Shown here: positions 58,647 through 64,000 of the stretch, piece by piece
How the letters are laid out: every line of letters starts with the position of its first letter
How positions within the stretch are numbered: the stretch's first letter is position 1
Sequence record: DRR723986_3513
Length of the DNA: 64,000 bases
Direction: 5' to 3' (one strand)
The notes under the pieces: model-generated
Seen by the model: only the letters and a program-made list of their open reading frames with translations
What the model was told of the DNA's origin: nothing
Database searches by the model: none
Made by a program: the position numbers and the translations under genes

Positions 58647-59516
58647 TTACCCACGAAGCTGTTGCATGACTTGGTCAGTGATCATCTTGACGAGCTTTTC
58701 TTCGTCGATGCCTCCGCTGGCCTTGCTGGGCGAACCAGATTGTCCAGTTGCTGGCGGCATTGCAGGCGGTGCTTCAAACGCGGTTCGCTGAACTCCCGTT
58801 GCGTCCCAGCTTTCGCGGAAGACATCGTTTGCACAGATGTCACAATTTTCGTACTCGTCGGTCAAACGCGGATCGGTGAATCCCCACTTGTCCTTGAGGT
58901 CCAGCAGTTCTTGGCTCTTCTGCTGGTCAAGATAATTGACGCGTCCCAGTTGCTTGCTGAGCATCAAGATGCGGCAGTAGGCATCTAGGATTTCGGTCCA
59001 CCAGTATGCCTTCTCGACATCTTCTCCAAAGCTAACCGTGCCGTGATTGGCCAAGATCATCACGTTGCATTTTTCAACGAAAGGAATGATCGTGTCGGCG
59101 AATGCTTGTCCGCCGGGCGTTTCATATTTCGTGATTGGCACATCGCCCAGGAAGACCTCGACCTCAGGCAGAACGCACTGTGGAATCGGTTCTCGCGCCA
59201 CCGCAAATGCTGTCGCATGCGGTGGGTGGCAGTGAACAACGGATTTGATTTCTGGGCGTTGCTTGTAGATTTCCAAGTGTAAGAGCGCTTCGCTGCTTCG
59301 CTTCTTGCGGCCAGAAATCTGCTTGCCCGTCATGTCGATGGTGCTGATGTCATCAGGCTTCAAGAAGCCCTTCGAATGCATCGTCGGGGTACACAGAACT
59401 TCATTGTCGCTAATGCGGACGGTGATGTTACCGTCGTTGGCGGCAGCAAAGCCTTTGTTGTAGATTCTGCGACCAATCTCACAGATGTCCTGCTTGATCT
59501 TGTGTGCGTTGACCAT
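58647..59516 (-). CDS. Class II aldolase (fuculose/rhamnulose-1-phosphate type), BMC signature enzyme with C-terminal encapsulation peptide
   Basis: 'DGNITVR', 'SSEALLH', 'HCHP', 'NHG'; tail 'DEEKLVKMITDQVMQQL'. Confidence 0.92.
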   Translation of the reverse strand: MVNAHKIKQDICEIGRRIYNKGFAAANDGNITVRISDNEVLCTPTMHSKGFLKPDDISTIDMTGKQISGRKKRSSEALLHLEIYKQRPEIKSVVHCHPPHATAFAVAREPIPQCVLPEVEVFLGDVPITKYETPGGQAFADTIIPFVEKCNVMILANHGTVSFGEDVEKAYWWTEILDAYCRILMLSKQLGRVNYLDQQKSQELLDLKDKWGFTDPRLTDEYENCDICANDVFRESWDATGVQRTAFEAPPAMPPATGQSGSPSKASGGIDEEKLVKMITDQVMQQLRG

Positions 59517-59557
59517 TGTTTCTCCCGACGCTTACGAATGTGTACGAAGTGTTTCGG

Positions 59558-59863
59558 TTATTTGATTTGTTTCGCGATCTTTTTGTCGATCGTTACGGAG
59601 TCTAGGATGGCCGACGCATATGCATCGACCGCTTTGAGTTCAGGGCGGAAGGCCTGAGAGGCTTCGCCGCCGTCGCTAACCGCAAGTGTGCTTCCCAGCC
59701 CAGCGCCACGGTCATCCCATACGATGAGCAAGTCTGGATCTGCGGGTGGCTTTCGACCGGCCAGCTCTTCGCCGGCAGTTTCGACCGCCAGCAGTTTGGC
59801 ACCGGCGTAAGTTGGGTGGCACCGAGCGAGTGTTACATTTCCGACTACCGTGTAAAGCTTCAT
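59558..59863 (-). CDS. BMC vertex (pentamer) protein, EutN/CcmL family, divergent
   Basis: 'VVGNVT...G.KLL.V...D..GAG.G...SDG...VD...AILD'; ATG 59863 overlaps the upstream stop codon. Confidence 0.85.
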   Translation of the reverse strand: MKLYTVVGNVTLARCHPTYAGAKLLAVETAGEELAGRKPPADPDLLIVWDDRGAGLGSTLAVSDGGEASQAFRPELKAVDAYASAILDSVTIDKKIAKQIK

Positions 59864-60618
59864 GATCGTTGGCCCCCGAAGCTGAGTGCGGTACCGCAGG
59901 AAGTCCCGTCGGCAGTAAATCGATTGGTTCGCAGAGCTCTCACCAGACCGGTTGGAGAGAATGCGTCCCAGCAATCTGCTCGAATGACAAAAGTGTTAAT
60001 GTCAGCTTGCTGAATCGCTTCCGCTGCTTCGGCCGCATCACGTACGACTGCGGCGCGAACTGTGGGCAATTGCCGCAATTGTTCTGCAATAGCAAACGGG
60101 TGTTCGGAAAGGCAAACCACTCGCGTTGCACTTGTTTGAATTGCTGAGGCAACCATGTTCGAGGTGGACGATGCTGCCTCCGTCGCAGGCACTAGCTGGA
60201 TGCGTGTGCCCGGAATCTGGAGCCCTTGAAGCATCTGTGCCTGAACGGCGCTGTTGGCAATGAAAAGTACTGGAGTCTCGCTTGATTCTTCGTCGCCGAT
60301 GCCGCGTACGATCTTAACGCCTCGCTGGCGTAGTTCGTCTCGGGCTGCTGGAGTAATCACCGCTTTGCAGTCGATCCGTACCGAGCAGTTTCTAGCTTTG
60401 CAGTTGCGGAGCGTTTCAAGTGTGATCAGCTTGCCGAGTATTTCTGGCTGGCCTGAACTCTTCGGATCGGCGGGTGGCGTCTGCGTAGGTGCAGTTTTGT
60501 GCTTTGGCGTTTCCAGTGGAGCAACCGAACCGCGATGACCAACATGCATGCCCCGGTCGCGCAATTCTTGCACGACTGCTGCAACGATGCTGTCAATTTG
60601 TTCGGCGCTTACTACCAC
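59860..60618 (-). CDS. BMC-associated hypothetical protein with N-terminal encapsulation-like helix
   Basis: 'EQIDSIVAAVVQELR', Pro-rich linker, 'ITPAARDEL' module, RpiB-like C-terminus 'VRAAVV...AIQQADIN'. Confidence 0.75.
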   Translation of the reverse strand: MVVSAEQIDSIVAAVVQELRDRGMHVGHRGSVAPLETPKHKTAPTQTPPADPKSSGQPEILGKLITLETLRNCKARNCSVRIDCKAVITPAARDELRQRGVKIVRGIGDEESSETPVLFIANSAVQAQMLQGLQIPGTRIQLVPATEAASSTSNMVASAIQTSATRVVCLSEHPFAIAEQLRQLPTVRAAVVRDAAEAAEAIQQADINTFVIRADCWDAFSPTGLVRALRTNRFTADGTSCGTALSFGGQRS

Positions 60619-60660
60619 GGGTTGATCTTTAAAAAGCTTGTTCTATCTGTTGTCGAAGAT

Positions 60661-60918
60661 CTAATCTACAATTCCAAGAACTGCCCATCGAATCGGAGAG
60701 TTCTCTACGTTAAACATTTCTCGAATGGCCTTGCCGTCACTGGTGATCATGACGTGGTCGCCAGTTCCGGCTCCAATCCGGTCAACGACCAACAGTGGAG
60801 GTCCGTCGGCATTTTTGCCGCTGGCACCGAGCGGTTGTGCAACCAACAGCTTTTGGCCTTGCAGCGTTTCGTGTTTCACCGTCGAGTGAGTTCGCCCGAT
60901 GATTCTGGCAACTTGCAT
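60661..60918 (-). CDS. eutN: BMC vertex protein, EutN/CcmL family
   Basis: 'MQVARIIG...STVKH..L.G.KLL', 'D.IGAG.GD.V', 'GIVD'. Confidence 0.93.
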   Translation of the reverse strand: MQVARIIGRTHSTVKHETLQGQKLLVAQPLGASGKNADGPPLLVVDRIGAGTGDHVMITSDGKAIREMFNVENSPIRWAVLGIVD

Positions 60919-60939
60919 GATTCGCTCGTGCTATTGGGT

Positions 60940-62385
60940 TTAGCGTGTTGCCGGATCGCCGAGGATCCACAAGTCATCGATTAGGCTACAGCGACGTTCA
61001 CGCGTGAATGTCAACGGTGTCGTTACTCCTTCGCCAGTCGGCCCAGCGATTGAGAATGACAGGTAGCCTTCGCCGCCCAAGCCGAGTGCTGACATGCAGG
61101 GGCCATTCTTGACGAACAGCGTTGTGTCCATTGCTCGAGCCATCTTCGTCATATTGTGAACGTCACGCGAGTGGATGATGCTCGTGTGTCGGTAACCGTG
61201 TTCGTAGTGTTGAGCGAGTTCGATGCCGTGGTCGATGTCACGGCAGCGGACGAAGGGAACAAATGGCATCATCTGTTCGACATCAACAAATGGGTGCTCC
61301 GCTGCCGTCTCACCGTAAACAAGTTCGGTGGAAGGGTCGACTGTAACGCCCGCCGCGGCCGCAAGCTTGGCAGCGTCTTGTCCAAGCAGTTCCTTCGTCG
61401 GTGCGAGGTGTCGGTCTTCGCCGACTTCCTTAAACGCTGCTGCAGTTAAACGATCAATTTGAGACGCATTCAGCGGTGCGGCACCAGCACGCTCCATTGC
61501 GGCCATCATTTGATCAAACACGCTGTCGACAACAAAGACTTCCTTCTCCGCAATACATAGCAGATTGTTGTCGTACGACGCTCCCTGAATGATGCACTTG
61601 GCCGCCCGATCAAGGTCAGCCGTTTCGTCGACCACAACAGGCGGATTGCCTGGGCCAGCTACGATTGCACGCTTGCCACTGTTCAAAGCGGCGCGAGCTA
61701 CCGCTGGGCCGCCAGTGACACAGATCAAGTTGACGTTGCGATTGCCAAAGATGGCAGCGGCTGACTCAAGTGTTGGTTCGCGGATGATACAAATTAGGTT
61801 GTCGATTCCGATGTCTTCGTAGATCGCTTTGTTGAATCGACGCACGCCTTCCGCGGCGACCTTCTTGCCGCTTGGGTGAGGGTTAACGACCAGGGTATTC
61901 CCGCCAGCCAGCATGCTGACTGCGTTTCCGGTGATTGTTGGCAGCGAGTGTGTTACAGGCGTGATGGCACCGATCACACCAAATGGAGCGTGTTCGATGA
62001 CGGCCAGTCCTCGATCACCACTGTACGCCTGAGTGGTCAAGAACTCGGTACCAGGGGACAGTTTGCCCAGCGTTTCCAGCTTCTCAATCTTGTGTTGTAG
62101 TCGACCGATCTTGGTTTCGTTCATTTCCATCGTGCCGAGTTCAACAGCATTGTCGATGGAGATGCGTCGGATGTGATCGATGGCTTTCTTGCGATCTTCC
62201 ATCGGTCGTGATCGCAGTTGCTCAAACGCTTCCCGAGCGGCAGCCACGGCGGCATCGGCGCAGTCGAACTGTCCATGGCGGCCAGCGGATGAGCTCGGCG
62301 CAGTCGCGCCAGCGGGTGCTTGGCCACGAACTTCTTCGATTACCTGAGTGACAACACTTCGAATCAGATCTTCACTTATCTGCAT
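60940..62385 (-). CDS. Acylating aldehyde dehydrogenase (EutE/PduP-like) with N-terminal encapsulation peptide
   Basis: 'SEDLIRSVVTQVIEEV', 'PFGVIGAITPVT', 'AGPGNPP', 'DNNLLCIAEK', 'GPTGEG'. Confidence 0.95.
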   Translation of the reverse strand: MQISEDLIRSVVTQVIEEVRGQAPAGATAPSSSAGRHGQFDCADAAVAAAREAFEQLRSRPMEDRKKAIDHIRRISIDNAVELGTMEMNETKIGRLQHKIEKLETLGKLSPGTEFLTTQAYSGDRGLAVIEHAPFGVIGAITPVTHSLPTITGNAVSMLAGGNTLVVNPHPSGKKVAAEGVRRFNKAIYEDIGIDNLICIIREPTLESAAAIFGNRNVNLICVTGGPAVARAALNSGKRAIVAGPGNPPVVVDETADLDRAAKCIIQGASYDNNLLCIAEKEVFVVDSVFDQMMAAMERAGAAPLNASQIDRLTAAAFKEVGEDRHLAPTKELLGQDAAKLAAAAGVTVDPSTELVYGETAAEHPFVDVEQMMPFVPFVRCRDIDHGIELAQHYEHGYRHTSIIHSRDVHNMTKMARAMDTTLFVKNGPCMSALGLGGEGYLSFSIAGPTGEGVTTPLTFTRERRCSLIDDLWILGDPATR

Positions 62386-62451
62386 TTTGTCGTTTCCACG
62401 ATTTGAATGGTTCGTTTCGCTCGGGGCCTACGCAATAGCGGTGTAGGCCAA

Positions 62452-62766
62452 TCATCCATCCTGGCGACTGTAAACGGCGTTTTTTTCGATATTGACTGAG
62501 TCGACGATTCCGATGACGACACAGTCGATAGGTAGTTTTTGTGTTTCGGGAGTGAAGCGTGCGCTGCTGCCCTGAACAATCAATACGAAGTCGCCTTCGC
62601 CAGCACCGAGTGTGTCGACAGCCACGAACGTTCGACCAGTCGTCGTCAATTCACTGCGGCTCTTGCCGTCGAGCCGGTAGGGTTCAACGACGAGTAGCTT
62701 TTGCCCTCGCATTGTTTCGACTTTCTCAGTCGAAACGACCGAGCCAGTTACTTTGGCAACAAACAT
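62452..62766 (-). CDS. eutN: BMC vertex protein, EutN/CcmL family
   Basis: 'MFVAKVTGSVVSTEK', 'VAVDTLGAGEG', 'GSSAR', 'IGIVD'. Confidence 0.94.
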   Translation of the reverse strand: MFVAKVTGSVVSTEKVETMRGQKLLVVEPYRLDGKSRSELTTTGRTFVAVDTLGAGEGDFVLIVQGSSARFTPETQKLPIDCVVIGIVDSVNIEKNAVYSRQDG

Positions 62767-62812
62767 CGTTTGCTTCTTCCTCTAATTTCCGGCGTGCCGG
62801 TTCTTGGCTCTG

Positions 62813-64000
62813 TTAGCCCGCAAGTGCTTTTACCGTTTGCCTCGCCACGATGACTTCCTCGTTGGTCGGCACAACCCAAATCTGTGCCGCAGCGGTTGAG
62901 TCATCTATGCGAGTCTCTGTTGCGCGTGTTTTAGCATTCTTGGCATCGTCAAGTTTGAATCCTAGTTCCGAGAGTCCGTCGCAGACCGCAGAACGAATGG
63001 AAGCACCGTTTTCACCGATTCCGCCCGTGAATACTAAAGCGTCGCAGCCTCCCAGGGCTACCAGCATTGATCCAAGTTGTCGCCTGAGTTCTGCAACGTA
63101 GACATCCAGCGAGAGCTGAGCGTCTTCGTTTCCTTCTGCAGCAGCGGCTTCTAAATCGCGAATGTCACCACTGAGACCTCCCGAGACTCCCAGTAGGCCA
63201 CCTTCACTTGCAAGTGTCGCCAGGGTGTTCTCAAGATCCTGGCCCGTGTGTTGCATGATCATCGGCAGGCTAAACGGGTCAAAGTCTCCGACGCGATTAT
63301 TCTGCGGTATGCCAGACTGTGGGCTCATGCCCATTGTCGTGGCAACACTCTTGCCATCATAAATCGCACACAGGCTGCTGGACCCGCCCAGGTGACAGGA
63401 GATCACTCGCTTGCACTCGTCACCAAGCAGCTCGTGGGTGCGAGTTGCGATGTAACGATGGCTTGCGCCGTGGAACCCCCACTTTCGCAGCGGCAACTCT
63501 TCGCTCCATGCCTTGGGTACGGCATAGTGCTTTCGAGCATCAGGGATGGTTTGATGAAAATCGGTTTCGAAAGCGGCTACCAATGGAATGTCCGGAACAG
63601 TTTCCGCAAGTTGTCGCATGGCTGCGATGTACGGCGGGTTGTGTGCCGGAGCTACTTTGGCGACTTCCTGCATCGCTTCGAGAACGGATTCATCTATTTT
63701 GAACACACCTTGTTTGCGTCCACCATGGACCGCTTTAAACCCAATCGCAGCAATCTCGGACGCATCGTTAATGCATCCCGACTTTGGGTCTGTTAGCTGC
63801 GAAATGCAGGCTTCGACGGCAATCCCGTGATGGGGCACTTTCAGGGTGAGTTGTGTTTCTGTACCACCAATTTCAACCGTACACTGGCTTTCTTCGCTGC
63901 CGATTCGCTCCACACCCCCTTTGGCTAGTTGCTGCGGGGAGCCGTCGAGTCCATCGGGCATATCAAAAAGTCGGTATTTGAAGCTGGTCGATCCTAGGTT
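62813..64000 (-). CDS. ackA: Acetate/propionate kinase, 5' end cut by the window edge
   Basis: Frame is open to the edge and reads 'NLGSTSFKYRLFDMP'; also 'APAHNP', 'GFHGASH', 'HLGGSSS', 'FTGGIGEN', 'PTNEE'. Confidence 0.94.
   Translation of the reverse strand, partial: NLGSTSFKYRLFDMPDGLDGSPQQLAKGGVERIGSEESQCTVEIGGTETQLTLKVPHHGIAVEACISQLTDPKSGCINDASEIAAIGFKAVHGGRKQGVFKIDESVLEAMQEVAKVAPAHNPPYIAAMRQLAETVPDIPLVAAFETDFHQTIPDARKHYAVPKAWSEELPLRKWGFHGASHRYIATRTHELLGDECKRVISCHLGGSSSLCAIYDGKSVATTMGMSPQSGIPQNNRVGDFDPFSLPMIMQHTGQDLENTLATLASEGGLLGVSGGLSGDIRDLEAAAAEGNEDAQLSLDVYVAELRRQLGSMLVALGGCDALVFTGGIGENGASIRSAVCDGLSELGFKLDDAKNAKTRATETRIDDSTAAAQIWVVPTNEEVIVARQTVKALAG

Overview
Chromosomal segment of a planctomycete, probably Pirellulaceae-like. 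The evidence is a DUF1549/DUF1553-DUF1501 pair, a planctomycete-type 'LESLEKRELLA' secreted giant protein, three sulfatases, and a PV-type microcompartment locus. About 46 CDSs are supportable; I saw no rRNA, tRNA, CRISPR or mobile element. In order: a Gfo/Idh/MocA oxidoreductase, hybrid sensor kinase and NUDIX gene; LemA, long HtpX and DUF4272; an MDR dehydrogenase-MMPL-EamA operon; two sulfatases; an ~11 kb surface-glycan island (ABC exporter, HAD, GDPD-like, cupin, FkbM, three glycosyltransferases, nucleotidyltransferase, gmd); pfk; an ECF sigma/FecR-LamG/DUF1553/DUF1501 cassette; amidase, bioD and a Met-zincin; a 1710-aa metalloprotease-Ig-cohesin-like-dockerin surface protein; PQQ-repeat, dprA, dinG and a sulfatase; and the 3' part of a fucose/rhamnose-type BMC operon, cut at the right edge. 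The most interesting signals are: (1) basic-x-AA C-terminal tails found only on the glycan-island proteins, a possible ClpXP degron set; (2) the uncharacterised nucleotidyltransferase/HAD/GDPD/cupin module; (3) the surface protein with both cohesin-like and dockerin modules; (4) a probable ATC start codon; (5) several intergenic repeats and palindromes. All domain calls come from motif recognition by eye, not from database searches.
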